DNA of 64,000 bases from the human T2T-CHM13v2.0 reference genome, Homo sapiens (GCF_009914755.1 NC_060932.1), one strand, 5' to 3'; counted from the first letter of the stretch, positions 1-15,641 are shown. Translations and numbers: made by a program. Notes: a model not told the origin generated them from the letters alone.

Positions 1-874
1 ATTAAAGTGAATGAGATAAGGGGTTTTTTGGAACCATGACAAAGCTTCACCAGAGAAATGAAAGGAGGGATGAGCATACGCCCCCACAAGAGGTCCCGCC
101 TGGAACTGTTCACAACGAATGCTGCTAATCCCCCTGGCTGGTTGAGGCTGGGCAGTCCTCTTCTTAGAATACCTAACAGGACATTTTAATTTGAGATTTC
201 CTATGAGCAAAATAAAACCACTTGACAAACACTGAGCTCACATGATGAAATGAAGTAAATTCAGATTACCAGTGAATCTGGACATTGATTTTATTTAAAT
301 ATTAAGTAGCATCATCTGAAATGACCTGTTTTAGGTTAAAAAAAATCAAATATTGGCCTTTTCATTTGATTCAATCTAATAGACATATGTACATGTTTAT
401 TTTAATACACAGACATAACAATTTTGTGGCTTCGTTGGCAAAGTCTAACTACTTATGTGACTACATAAATCTGCATATCACTGGAATTATTGCTGGAGAC
501 ATGTGTCTCTTTGAATGTGAATGAACTCGGCAAAATGCGTTCTATAGAATGCCTTCTGCCACTGGTATGGTGGAGGTCTTAGGGCTAATTATTTAAAGCT
601 GACTGCAGCCTGTAAGATTCTTACCCACACTAAGAAGCCCTTCCTGCACTCCTGTTTGACCCTTTCAAGCCCATCTCATAATGTGATGAGTGTTCTCATC
701 TTAGCATCGCTGAATGTAACCTACTGCTTTAAGTTCCTTTCCTTACACTCAACAATATAATTTTGCTACTCTGACTAGAAGGACATCTGTGGGTCCTCGT
801 ATTTTTTTTTCTAAAAAGGAGGATTCTGCTTCCTAGCAGTTGTGCAACCTTTGTCAATTCCCTGTGATAGACCC

Positions 875-1258
875 TGAGTAGATTCTCATCCCACCTGTTT
901 CTTCTTCTTCCTGGAATCACAAGGTACCAGGCTTCCTTGAAATTAGATGTGGCCATGTTGCTTAGTGAAATGTGAGTAAAAATGGTTTATGTCGCCGCTG
1001 GACACAGCAGTTAGGAACACCCACTACTTCTCCACTTTCTCTCTGACCTCGGCTCCCAGCCAGGTGCAGAGATTCCATGGGCGGACTCTGGGACCCTAAG
1101 GATGGCAGATCCATTAGATGAAAAGAGCCTGTGTCTCAAATGAGTCTGTGATCCTCTCTGGGGCTCTCACTGGGTTGAGTGAGAAACAACCCTTGATTGT
1201 GTTAGATGACACAGATGTTTGGAGATATTAACAGCAGTTAGCCTACTCTGTCTAATAA
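875..1258 (+). mobile_element. LTR16-like (ERVL) solo LTR, old
   Basis: GATGGCAGATCCATTAGATGAAAAGAGCCTGTGTCTC...GTGAGAAACAACCCTTGATTGTGTTA...CAGCAGTTAGCCTACTCTGTCTAATA resembles the LTR16/MLT 3' half. Confidence 0.55.
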
Positions 1259-1270
1259 ACTCCCTAATAT

Positions 1271-1372
1271 TTTATTTCCTCATCTGTAAAATTTTCAAAA
1301 TTATAGAACCTACCTGGTAGAGTTGATGTTAGGATTAAATGAGATAACAAATGTAAAGTGCTTGGCACAGGA
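1271..1372 (+). mobile_element. MIR SINE fragment
   Basis: TTTCCTCATCTGTAAAAT...AGGATTAAATGAGATAA...GTAAAGTGCTTGGCACAG MIR core. Confidence 0.8.
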
Positions 1373-2479
1373 TAAAACTATATAAATGGTGGCTACTTTG
1401 TAATTACCACCATTATCATCATCATCATCGTGATCTCTCTCTCACATTTTGGAGGAAACATTTTCTATGATCCTAAAAATAGCCTAGGGTTCAGAAAATA
1501 GCTTTTTGGCAGTGCTCAATGGACAGCATACTTCCAAGACCCAATATCTGACCTGTGTAGTAGTGTAACAGCAAAGCTAATGGGATATTGATAAATCTTT
1601 TCTGGCTCAGAGCAGTTTCCATTGGGTAAGGTTAGATTTTAATGCCTATCATTTACTGAATAATTTAAATCATTATTTCCAATTGCTCTTGGGCATGCAT
1701 ATTTGTAAAATCCTCTTAGAGATACCATCTGATATAATTCGTTTGCTATAAATCACATGTGTAGCAAGAAACTTTGCATGCCATGCATGTTTTATCAATG
1801 CTTGTTGATTGACTAAGGAGTATTTCTTTTTTTAGTCTCAAGTTTCCTAATGATTTCCTAAAATTTATGCTCACCAGCTCCTTTTTTCAATGAAATATTA
1901 TTTGTCACTTCAATTAATATCAACAGAACACATCCATTTTTCCAACTACAGTTTCTCAACACATCACGAGATAGTAAGTATGAATACACAGCAGCATAGA
2001 TTATAGCACTAATAATTAGATTTAGATAACTTACTCATACTAGCCAACTTCAAAAACAAATTTGTGTTGATCATCAAATGTAACTTTATAAGTTATACAA
2101 GTAGTTCTTCCTAAGGTAAAATATAATTTAAGCAAATGTTGAAAGGAAAATAAAAATAAAAACCCAAGCTCCAAATTGAAATAAGCAGTCTTCTAACATA
2201 CTCTCCAAAAGTCCCTAAGACCTTCCCAAATACATAATATTACTTTGCATGTATTGTATCTTAGCTTTATCTCTATACCCAACATATCTGAATGCACACT
2301 GGAGAATTATGGCTTGTGTTGAAACCACAACAAATGTCAAGAATCACAGGCTTGCTTTACATTTAGCTAACTACTTAAATCTATAGCTTAATTAGAAATC
2401 ATGTTTTATTTTGCCATGCCTTTTTCTAAAAGTAAATTAAGGTGGTTTATAAACACGTACAAAAAATTACTTAAATAAT

Positions 2480-2918
2480 CTTGCTGAGGAAGTTAAGACT
2501 ATAAACCAATTTAAAATCTTGACTGTTTGCATCAAGCAATTCCTGAAAACCAATTTACCTGAATAAGCAATTGGCTCATCTGGGCAAATAACTTTTCTAC
2601 CAGCACATAATTTGCTCACTTGAGCCAAGAGCTTCCTTTTTATGCAACAGTTCAATTATGAAGACTCATTTTAAGACCTTGCTGTATCCACCAAGACTAA
2701 ATTATTATGTCATGTATTTTGCCAAATTTCAATCTGTTCCCCACCTTGAAATTTCTACCTTAATCTATTTGAATCTACTTACCAAGACTTTATACATTTA
2801 TCACCTGATCCTTCACTGCCTTCCTAAGCAACTACAATTGTCCGTTATTGCAGTAAGTTTAATAAAGTATTGCTTGATCAATAGTTTATGCCAGTGGTCT
2901 TTTGGGGAACCAGAAACC
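2480..2918 (+). mobile_element. MER34/MER39-like ERV1 LTR, decayed
   Basis: 3' end GCAGTAAGTTTAATAAAGTATTGCTTGATCAATAG...CAGTGGTCTTTGGGGAAC typical of MER34-group LTRs. Confidence 0.5.
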
Positions 2919-3119
2919 AATAATCTGGTAAGAAATAAAATGCACAATATCCCATTTTTGTCTTAAAGTCAAAAGGAAATTTCTCTAAATGTTAAAAAGT
3001 TAATATGGGGCTATAAAATCAGCCTTTAAAATTATACATAATATAATGGAATTAAGCAAATATTCAGAGAAAATTAACCAAAGAGAAAATAGGGGGGAAA
3101 TTTAAATAAAGCCATTGAG

Positions 3120-3330
3120 GGAGGTTGAAAAAAGCAACAAATAAGGTGAAGTCCTAAACACTTTCTGAAGATTAGCCACAAATTTTTCTCTGAGCTTCCT
3201 AGCAACCAGTGCAAAAAGAGAAACATGACCAGTTACATAAGTCACAACGTTCACAACTGTAACATTGTGAACAATGCCCAGATGAATATCCTAACCCTAA
3301 ACAAATGTAATAAATTTCACAGGGCTATTT
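3120..3330. mobile_element. ancient LINE relic (L4/RTE-X-like, uncertain)
   Basis: CTCTGAGCTTCCTAGCAACCAGTGCAAAAAGAGAAACATGACCAGTTACA resembles remembered ancient mammalian LINE relics. Confidence 0.3.
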
Positions 3331-4149
3331 ATTTTAACCTACACAAATATTTTTTTTAAATTAAGTCTCAATGGGACAAATGTCAAAATAAAAGATCATA
3401 ATATCTCTTAACAAGTCTGTAGAAACTTGGGCATGGCCACAATATAATGCTATTATTTGGAGATAAGTAGAGCTGGATTAATAAAACACTTCCTAGAAGA
3501 TTGGTTTGGAGTGTGTTTTTAAAGGCTAGAAATGATCCAGGAAGGTAGATGTTTCTGGACAAAGCATGATGGGAAATGTCTGAGAATGAGTGATCCAAGA
3601 GGCGAGAAGAACAAGAAAGTTCCTTTGACAAGAAGAGAGTGGGATTTGACAGGAAAGTCTGGTTAAAGAAGGCAGGAAGGGAAGGAAGGAGGTGGGTTCA
3701 GTTGGATGGGAGGGATGGAGGAAATGTAATGACAGACGATCTCTAAGCACTCTCAACAATACTTGGTATTTGATTCACTGAATATTAAGAAATAGAGAAA
3801 TAAATTGACAAAGAATGTAACATGAGAGCACATTGGTTAGTGCTAGTGGTTAGTGAACCACTCTAACTGAAACCCACAAACAACTGAATGAGTAAAATCA
3901 GGAAAGAAGAGACTCACATGTGAGAGAGATTCCGTGGTCCAGCGGAATTCAGCTCTGTAATTGGGGACCTCAATTTCCTTCTAGTTTGTGAATTTATCAA
4001 GGGGAGAGTGGGAGAAAGGGCAGAGGAGTTCGGAAGATGTCCTGAATTTTATATCTTATTTATCTGTATTCACAGTGTGCAACACAAGAATGGCATGTAA
4101 CCTACATTCAAATTTCAGTTTGTTGTTGGGAAAAAGTACAAAATTCAAT

Positions 4150-4500
4150 TCATTGAATTAAAATATTTATGGTGGCATATTTTGTAAATGAGTGGATGGT
4201 AAGGTAAAGAAAGAGAGGCGTGAAATGGTATGCCAAATATTGTACTAGAGAACAGAAAGAGAATAGTGGTTTGAACTGGAAAGGCAAGTTTGGTATTGAG
4301 TGTCTATATCTACAGAAGTATTTGTCATGTTTCAAGTGGCAATGATTCAATCAAGTATTTGCATTCTTATGGCAAAAATGGAAGCGTACTTCAGCAAAGA
4401 GTAATAGACAAGAATCATAGATAAAAATCATGACATCATCTGTATACAGAAGCTAATTAAATTTCAGAGAATTTGTGATCTTTTTAAAGAAGAGAACAGA
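4150..4500 (-). mobile_element. L2 fragment
   Basis: purine-rich decayed L2-like sequence (GTCATGTTTCAAGTGG, CATCATCTGTATACAGAAG). Confidence 0.45.
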
Positions 4501-4674
4501 AACGGAAAATAGTAATAAAATTTAGTTTAATGGAAGGAATGCTCAATTGGGAGTCAAAAAACTATGCATTGGATCCCACCCCTAGTGCAAGTTCCCTCTC
4601 AGATTTCTGTTAAGTCTCTTCTCCTCTTGGTCCAGGTTTCCTCAACTGTAAAATGGGGATGAGGAAGATAAGCT

Positions 4675-5186
<512 letters not shown>

Positions 5187-5412
5187 GACTGGATTATTTC
5201 AATTGCCCTCACACCTCTAATAAATCCCACTAAGTCAGTAACATACTTGAGTAAGAAGTGTAAGCAGGTACTATCACTTCCATCTTAAAGACTACAAACA
5301 CAGGAGAACGAAGCAAACTCTCATTGATGGTAATGCCAAGACTAGCATCTAAGTCAGCTGACTATCAAACCAGGGTTCATGTTTCCAAAACTTTTAAAGC
5401 ACTTTCTTTTAA

Positions 5413-5712
5413 GGTGGTTCACGCCTGTAATCCCAGCACTTTGGGAGGCCGAGGCAGGTGGATCACCTGAGGTCAGCAGTTTGAGACCAGCCTGACCAAC
5501 ATGGAGAAACCCTGTCTCTACTAACAATACAAACTTATCTGGGCGTGGTGGCACATGCCTGTAATCCCAGCTACTCAGGAGGCTGAGGCAGGAGAATCCT
5601 TGAACCCAGAAGGCAGAGGTTGCAGTGAACTGAGATCACTCCATTGCACTCCAGCCTGAGCAACAATAGCGAAACTCCGTCTCAAAAAAAAAATAATAAT
5701 AATAATAATAAT
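5413..5712 (+). mobile_element. AluSp-like with (AAT)n tail
   Basis: CCTGACCAACATGGAGAAACCC and AGCGAAACTCCGTCTC diagnostics. Confidence 0.93.
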
Positions 5713-6297
5713 TCTATGCCATGATTTGCTTATGTCACAAGCAACATGCAAACAGGCACATGATGAAGTCATTTTACATAAAAACATGCATCCACATTTG
5801 CAGCAATATGCTTAGAGTCAATGAACATCTGTAATTAAGACCACTCCAAAAGCACTCTATTTTTGCTTCCTAAATATAGGTTTTCCCCCGGTTTTTGGCC
5901 TTCTCTGAACTGCTCCACCTCCTTTTCGGTTTGGGTTCCTTTTACTATATGAATCTGCATCCTATAACTACAGTTTGATGAATCACAAAAACATGCTACT
6001 TGACACAGAAAATTCACAGTCCACAGATTTGTCAGGGTAAATTATGTAAAATGTAGCTGCTGTACAGAATTAACATTTGATGAATATGCTGGTCTTTTAT
6101 TTTTTTAGGAATCAATTTAATTTAAGTGGGATTATCACCATTGAGCCAAAATGAACCATAATTTATAAAATAATATGATAAAAATATTAAGAACGGTTGT
6201 GATCTTTAAGGTATATTACATTTGTGTCTGAATTTGTTTCAGTAACTAGAGTTAGTGAGACTGGCTACTACAGGTCTATAGGTGGTTGTTACAAAGA

Positions 6298-6800
6298 TGG
6301 GTTCTGAAGCCAGACTGCCTGTGTATTAGTCCGTTCTCACACTGCTATGAAGAAATACCCAGGACTGGGTAATTTATAAAGAAATTAGGTTCAATTGACT
6401 CACAGTTCTGCATGGCTGGGGAGGCCTCAGGAAACTTAACAATCATGGCAGAAGGCACCTCTTCACAGGGCAATAAGAGGGAGAATGAGTGCCGAACAAA
6501 GTGGGAAGCCCCTTATAAAACTATCAGATCTCGTGAGAACTCAATCACTATCAGGAGAACAGCATGGGGGAAACCACCTCCACGATTCAATTATCTCCAC
6601 CTGGTCCCACCCTTGACACATGGGGAGTATTACAATGCAAGGTGAGATTTGGATGGGAACACAGAGCCAAACCATATCAGCCTGTAATCCCAACTCTGTC
6701 ATTTACTAGTTGTGTGACATTAACCTAGTTACTTAACCTCTCTGTGGCTCTGTCTCCTCTTCTTTAATATGAGAATATTAAGGATTCAATGAGTTAATTT
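6298..6800 (+). mobile_element. MIR split by THE1C
   Basis: TCTGAAGCCAGACTGCCTG | TAATCCCAACTCTGTCATTTACTAGTTGTGTGAC...TTACTTAACCTCTCTG is continuous once the LTR is removed. Confidence 0.75.
6322..6679 (-). mobile_element. THE1C (ERVL-MaLR) solo LTR
   Basis: TGTATTAGTCCGTTCTCAC...AGCCAAACCATATCA; GGCACCTCTTCACAGGG segment; perfect 5-bp TSD GCCTG. Confidence 0.92.
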
Positions 6801-7309
6801 ATATTGTGCCTAACTCATAAATTCTGAGTGTTAATTTAAAAATAAGTAAATAAATTGGAAAAAAAACAATTCCAGCTTGTTTAAGCCAGTATTACTTGGG
6901 ATCTCTCTTACATACAGAAAAACTTACCCTAATTAGAATAGGCTGCTTACACGAACATGAACTTGCTGAAAAGGGAATATAACATTTCTCAAACATAGAC
7001 AGGACATCAATTTTCAATGAAAAAAAAGGTAATGAGTTAATTCAAACAGCATCAGCTTTAAATAAAAAAAATTAGCAACATTTTCTTCTTTTCTTTTCTC
7101 CCTTCCTCCCTTTCTGAAGAATTCAATCTGAAGAGCATTAGCTCTAAAAGAGTAAAGTAGGAATCTGGATGGTCCAGTTGGGAGGTATTGGGAGCCCTTC
7201 CCATGGAAAAAAAGAGAATTGGCACAAGAGCCTAAGGGGGGCTGTGGTGCTGAGAGATTTGTTAGGAGATGGGGGTGGTGGTGAGTGACAAGATTTGATA
7301 CTTATTAGG

Positions 7310-8677
<1,368 letters not shown>

Positions 8678-9503
8678 TCAAATATTTATTGTGAAAATAT
8701 TAAACACTGTATCTATTTTTTAAACTATATCTTCATGAGCCTGTTTTGACAATTAAATGGGTTAATACCCAAAAATCATTTAGCACAATGTCTCGTATAG
8801 GAGTAGACCTTAAAAATAGTACAATATATTATATTATTCAATCACAGACACACATATTCTCTATCCCCCTGGCAAATGAGTATGATCAGGAAAGTCAAAT
8901 GAAAGGATTCAGTCAGATGGTTGAAATTGTTACTACCACAAAGCAAATGTCAGGACCACATGACCTGGAGGCACCATTTGTACTTAATTATGTATGGTCC
9001 CATAGTGCTAATTAACATATTTCCTCAGCCTTTTCATAAGCAGCCTCCCGATTAAAAATCATTTATTAGTCACAGTACAATGTATACCACACCACCAAAG
9101 CGTTATCAAGTCTTGATTAAACATTGTGCTTTTCCGGTTTCTCTCGTACCCTTATCTACTCTCAGGCTGACATGACGAAGGTGATATGAAGTGTCTCACC
9201 CAAGGGCACTGAGCAGTTGATGGCAGAGACAAGAGCAAATACCTTGACACCCACTGACCTTTTTTCTCCTACTGGTTCCAAATGACCAGCTCAACTTACC
9301 AAATTTGAGGATAAAGCTCTAACTTGGCCAGGTTTTTATAATAATAGGAACCCTAGTTCGATTTGTCCCTTTTCAACTTCAACCTTGCACTTAGTTCCAG
9401 ATCCAAAAATATCCCTGGTGCTTAATACAGGATTTTGAAAATAATCATACAGGACTCATCCTGTGTGGAAAGCTAAGTACCTTTATTTTCAAACTGTCAT
9501 TGT

Positions 9504-9553
9504 AAAAAAAAAAAAAAAAAGAAAGAAAGAAAAAAGAGGAAAAGAAAGAAAAA
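9504..9553 (+). repeat. A/GA-rich low-complexity tract
   Basis: A17 followed by GAAA-type repeats. Confidence 0.9.
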
Positions 9554-10310
9554 TGCAAACCGCTCAGACCTGGTATCTCATTCTCCTCACACCACCTCAT
9601 TCCTGGCGCACACAGTTCACTTTGACATCGAGGGGCGCTCTGCCAGGAAAGAGCCACATGGACTGCCGAAGGGAATCACAACCTGACCCTCTCATCTCCT
9701 GCTCCTCCCCTTCTCCTGGGCTTCACTGCCAGCTTCACAAACAGTTAATTGCCTTTTCATGCAAAGAGTTTGACAGCCACTCTCCCACAAACCACACTAA
9801 AATCTTACCCCCTGTATCGTTTGTGGAAAAAAAAAACTGTTTCCATTTTTAGGAGAGCATAAGACCTGGCCCATTTTATTTAGAAATTAATAATAATCCT
9901 GAGAGCTCTCTTTTCTGTGTTCTGGAAGAGCAGTGAAGCAGCTCTGAAATGAAGCATTTACTACTGTGCGTGCCAGGACAAAAACAGATGGACCAAAGAA
10001 GTTTAGATGGATGAATCTGAAAAATTGGATGACCTTTATTATACCCCAAAAGTTATAAAAAATTAGAAGAGCAAAACTTCCATTTGCCAGCAAGATTCTC
10101 TCCAATTTATAAATTTCATATTGTGGATCCAAACACAGGAGTTAAGGCCCACACCATTGTCTGGATAGCCAGACATCATCGTCTCCCAGCTGCCAGCAAA
10201 GCAGCCCACCTTGGTCTCCTTACCTGAAAAGTCTAGAAAACTGTTCTGTTCATCAATTACTACCTCCGCCCTCCAATAAAAAGAAGGAAGGTTAAAGGAC
10301 TCAACTCACA

Positions 10311-10320
10311 GTCACGTGAC
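10311..10320. promoter_or_regulatory. palindromic E-box GTCACGTGAC (USF / MiT-TFE CLEAR motif)
   Basis: perfect 10-bp palindrome with retained CpG in unique sequence; function not shown. Confidence 0.4.
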
Positions 10321-10703
10321 ATGCTGAGATTCCTGAGGTTGAGCTACCGCAAAAGATGGGTACATTTCATTAGAACACCATTCAAATGAGACCAAAAACT
10401 GGCTTAACTCTGAGGTGGGCCAGCAGACTTCATGCTGCTGCCTGCTCCCAACTGAAGCTACTCACCTCACAGATTTTCCCACTATCAGAATGATATAAGA
10501 AATTGCAGATTTATAGAGTGTAATTGGGTCAGTACAAATCCAGCATCAATTACAAAATCCATTACAGTATCTGCTGTATCAAGGATGAGTCAGTAGCATG
10601 TAATTGTGTATATGTTTTGCACATAAATAAGCTAGAGAAAATGTTTGCTTCACAGTCTGAGTAATTCCTAAACCATGTATAAAATGTGCTATTGAGAATT
10701 TAT

Positions 10704-11385
<682 letters not shown>

Positions 11386-12658
11386 TACATTAGACGCTTT
11401 TCCTATCACATATGTTCCTAAACATCCAACTCAAATCTTATTCCCCAGTCTGATATGACTTAGCAGAAATAATGCCAGGCATGACAGATCCCCCAAAGAA
11501 GTAAGAGGTGTACGTCAGGCTTTCTAGGAGAACCTAGTGGCAACACCAAAGCCAGGAAGCAGGGTCATTCACGTGTGCACATGTAGGAAGCCTCTGAAAG
11601 CCTGAGGCATAGCAGAGGTAAGAAGCATATCTACCTAGCCAGACATCAAAAAGAGGAAACAATTCAAAGTCCAGAGAGAGAAGTGGAGTCTAAAATCATG
11701 CACCATCAATGTGGTTAGACACTAGCCTAACTATGAAATTTCACCATTTTTTTCCTGCTGTTTCAGATGGCTCATTGGCACCAAAGCACACTCAGGGACT
11801 CTCTCTCTCACCCTGTGCTACCCTAAAAAGCACCATCTGAACTGTGACAACAAAAAGAAGCCCCAAATGGTTTTAATTAAAATTTCTCAGAATCCTGTGA
11901 ATTCTACAGATTTACTTTTTTATTAATTTAATTCAATTTATGTTGTTAAATATCATCCAGACAAGAATCCTTAATTATCTCTTAAGTCTTTATCACCTTT
12001 TCAAAATAATTGACTCAAACACCAATCACCAGCCATACACCATTTAATTCATTCTTGCTCCTACTCCAGGTACCCTGAGCATAAGCTATTGAGTCATAGA
12101 ATCACGATCGATTTAAATCTTAAAGGAGTCTTACAGACTAACACTCCTCCGCCCCAAAAAGGCTGGAGAAGAAATAAAAGCCAAATTTTTTTAAAAGCTT
12201 TTCAATCTATAGCTGTGGTGCATTTATTTCAGACACTTCTATATCACGAGTAAAATAATGAAGCATCAGAGAGGCCACTGTACATTAGTATAAACATATC
12301 AGAAAAATATCCTACTAATAATTAAACCAGACGGCAAGCTGCTGGTATCCCTTAGGTTTTTTTATTAATAGCAAGATGCTATCATTTGCTCACATTCTTC
12401 TGCTTGTTAGAAAATTTGGACTGTAATTTTGGATGCTGAGTCGAAATAACTAATTAAATGATAAATGTCACTTTTTCTCCCAACTTACACAACCAGGAGT
12501 TTGAATAACATATTTTTCTATTATGCCAAACCAAGAGAGAAAATATTACTCTTTTGGTCTTTGGAGGAGCAAAGGGGACTCATAAAAAGTGATTAATTTG
12601 TAAATAAATGGTACTTTTTTAACTAGGATTTTTCAGTTTTGCTTATATACAAGATACA

Positions 12659-13267
12659 TTTTTTTTTTTTGAGACACAGTTTCATTCTGTTGTCCAGGCT
12701 GGACTGCAGTGGCGAGGAGCACAATCTCAGCTCACTGCAACCTCTGTCCCTGGGATTCAAGTGATTCTCCTGCCTCAGCCTCCAGAGTAGCTGGGATTAC
12801 AGGCATGCGCCACTACATCCAGCTAATTTTTGTATTTCCTTTTTTTTTTTTGAGACGGAGTCTTGCACTGCCGCTCAGGCTGGTGCAGTGGCGTGATCTC
12901 GGCTCACTGCAACCTCTGCCTCCTGGGTTCAAGCAATTCTCCTGCCTCAGCCTCCCTAGTAGCTGGGTTACAGGCACATGCCACCACGCCTGGCTAATTT
13001 TTTGTATTTTTAGTAGAGATGGGGTTTCACTGTGTTAGCCACGATGGTCTCAATCTCCTGACCTCGTGATCCGCCCACCTTGGCCTCCCAAAGTGCTGGG
13101 ATTACAGGCGTGAGCCACCGCGCCCGGCGCATAATTTTTATATTTTCAGTAGAGATGGGGTTTCACCTTGTTGGCAAGGCTGGGCTCCAACTCCTGACCT
13201 CAATCAATTCGCCTGCCTTGGCCGCCCAAAGTGCTGAGATTACAGACGTGAGCCACCACGCCTGGCC
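12659..13267 (-). mobile_element. AluS (outer), split by a second Alu
   Basis: right arm 12659-12838, left arm about 13131-13267; TSD CAA(G/A)ATACATTT. Confidence 0.9.
12840..13128 (-). mobile_element. AluSc/Sc8-like (inner, nested)
   Basis: TTAGCCACGATGGTCTCAATCTCCTGACCTCGTGATC; TSD TAATTTTT(G/A)TATTT in the outer Alu linker. Confidence 0.92.
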
Positions 13268-13782
13268 ACAAAATACATTTTAAAGGCATTCATAATCCTC
13301 GAAGCGCATCACAAGCTAATTCACTACTTTGATAAAATCCCGAATGGCTTTCAAATTATCAGTTTCCCCATTTATATAAAGTTTATAGAGGCAAATGTAT
13401 GGGAATCAAAGCTTGTTTTACTCCAATAAGACAATAGTAAAACCTAACCTGGATTCCAAATAACTTTTCTCATTTGTAAAAGTTGTATTGTGGCCACAGA
13501 GTTCAACATTCTAGTCCTCTCCTTCCCTCTCCCCATTTCCTACCAAAAAAGAGAAGTGAAAAATATACCAATAAATTCAGCCACCAAGAGAAGCTGGCAA
13601 GTTTTAACAAGTCAAAATATAAACTAAATAATACTTCTCTTTCTCACCTTTATGTCATTGATATAATCTTATATCATTCTTCAAATTCTCAGCCCCCTTA
13701 AAAGAACAAATATTATCCCAGGCATGAACAAACTACAGCAACTCACTGTTAACTGGCACTTTCAGACAATGGAATATTAACC

Positions 13783-13998
13783 ATAATAGCAAGTATTTGT
13801 TGAGAGCTGACTCTCAGCCGGCACTGTTCTAACTGCCGTATTAGTTCATTGTTTCATCAGGATGCCCCTATAAAGTAGGGATTATGCTTCTTACCTCTGT
13901 TCTATAAATGGGGGAACTGCATGAAGACGTCATTTATCTTGTCCTGTGGCAGCCTAGGATTGCGACCTGGGACATCAGGTCCCGGAGTTTGCTTTACT
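13783..13998 (-). mobile_element. MIR fragment
   Basis: CCCTATAAAGTAGGGATTAT...TATAAATGGGGGAACTG is the reverse of the MIR core. Confidence 0.6.
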
Positions 13999-14179
13999 CC
14001 ATAATCCCTCTCTTGTTAATCCAGTACTCTGCCCAACAGAGTTGTTCCATGCATTTCTCCAATAATTTGCAAAGTCACAATATGATAATCACAGAGCAAA
14101 GAACTCTACCTAATTTTGCTTTTCTTCGGTGATTTAGAAAACCTATCAGTACTTTGAAGAATTTCAGGGTCAGTCAGGA

Positions 14180-14308
14180 TAAAATGGAAATAATAACAAA
14201 ACCTACCTCGAGAGACTTTTCAGAGAATTAAGAAAACTTAGATTAAATGCTTCATCAGAGCCTGGCCAATAGCACGTATTCAATAAGTAGTAGTTATTTA
14301 TTATTATC
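14180..14308 (+). mobile_element. MIR fragment
   Basis: TAAAATGGAAATAATAACAAAACCTACCTC...GAGCCTGGCCAATAG...TCAATAAGTAGTAGTTATT. Confidence 0.7.
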
Positions 14309-14547
14309 TTAATTAGATATTTGCAAGGATACTTTGAAACCATGTAAAATACAATTTGAAGAATGAATTCTTGGTTCTTCTTTCTAATAAAGCTGCACAA
14401 TGCATTTAGATCTTCCTTAAAATAAGAGTCTTAAAATTTTGTTGTAAATTGGAATTTTTATTAAAGAAGGCATATCTTCCCATTGAAGGACATTTTCATT
14501 CAGAGATACTTCATTGTCTTCATGTCTGACTAAATTTCAATTAACAA

Positions 14548-14834
14548 TGGTGGTTACAATGTCAACTCTACTCGGGAGACTGAGGCAGGAGGATTGCTGG
14601 AGGCCAAGAGTTCAAGACCAGCCTGGGCAACATAGCAAGACCCCATGTCTACCACATTTATTTTTATTAGCTGGGCATGGTGACATATACCTGTAGTCCC
14701 AGCTACTCAGGAGGCTAAGGTGAAAGAATCCCTTGAGCCCAGAAGTTCAAGGCTGCTGTGAGCTACGATCACACCACTGTACTCCAGCCTGGGTGACAGA
14801 GCAAGACCCCATCTCTAAAACAAACAAACAAAAA
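14548..14834 (+). mobile_element. AluJo/Jr-like
   Basis: GGGCAACATAGCAAGACCCC, AGTTCAAGGCTGCTGTGAGCTACGATC; (CAAA)n tail. Confidence 0.88.
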
Positions 14835-15487
14835 TTCAGCTCCCCAGTTCTGCAGCCACCACTCTCTATCAAGGGATTTATAATCAATCAAATATGCCAT
14901 TGCTCTTGAGATCCAAATATTTATAAAGCCTTATAGTAAAGTTTTTTATAAAGTGCATCAATCATGCTAATTTTGTAGTTTCATGTCTGCATTTTCTTAT
15001 AGAAGAAAAGAAGAAATGCTAAGTAACACTCCACCTAGCCCTCCTTTCCCTTGCTATGGAAGGCAAGTCCCTAAGCTTGTTGGGAAGGAGCCCAGATGGC
15101 TGAGGCAGGATGATGATATTGTAAGAGAAATGCATCTCTGAATTTCCGTTTTACCAGAAACTGTATCCTGTTTCTCAGAGATAGGACACCACAGAAATGA
15201 AGACTTACTCTGAATAAGAGTCCTATATAGTCCTATTTTCCAGAAAAGGAAAAAGAAGCAGGAACACAGCAAAGCCCAGCTGAAGCTGAGCAAAAGCACA
15301 CCCGGGACACAGTTCCTGACTTCAATTTGTCCCTCCAGGTCTCAGGGTGGTCAGACTATTCAATGGTAAGGCTTTGGGAAATGCCTCTCTGTAAACAATG
15401 GCAAACCAGGCACAGGGTGGACCCCTGATCAATGTTAAATAAGTAGTCTGCTAAACACAGTGAATTAGTGGTATTTGGTTTGGAGGG

Positions 15488-15600
15488 TTTTTTTTTTTTT
15501 CAGTTTTAAAGTCTGAATGTGCAGCTCAATGAATTTTCACAGAATTCTACACCTGTGGAACCACACTCAACTCAAGACACAGAACATTTTCCATACCCTA
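15488..15600 (-). mobile_element. L1ME-type 3' end fragment
   Basis: TGTGCAGCTCAATGAATTTTCAC...TCAAGACACAGAACATTTTCCA. Confidence 0.6.
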
Positions 15601-15641
15601 ATATTACTTTTAAATTATTTTAAAATTTTATCCAAAGAAAA

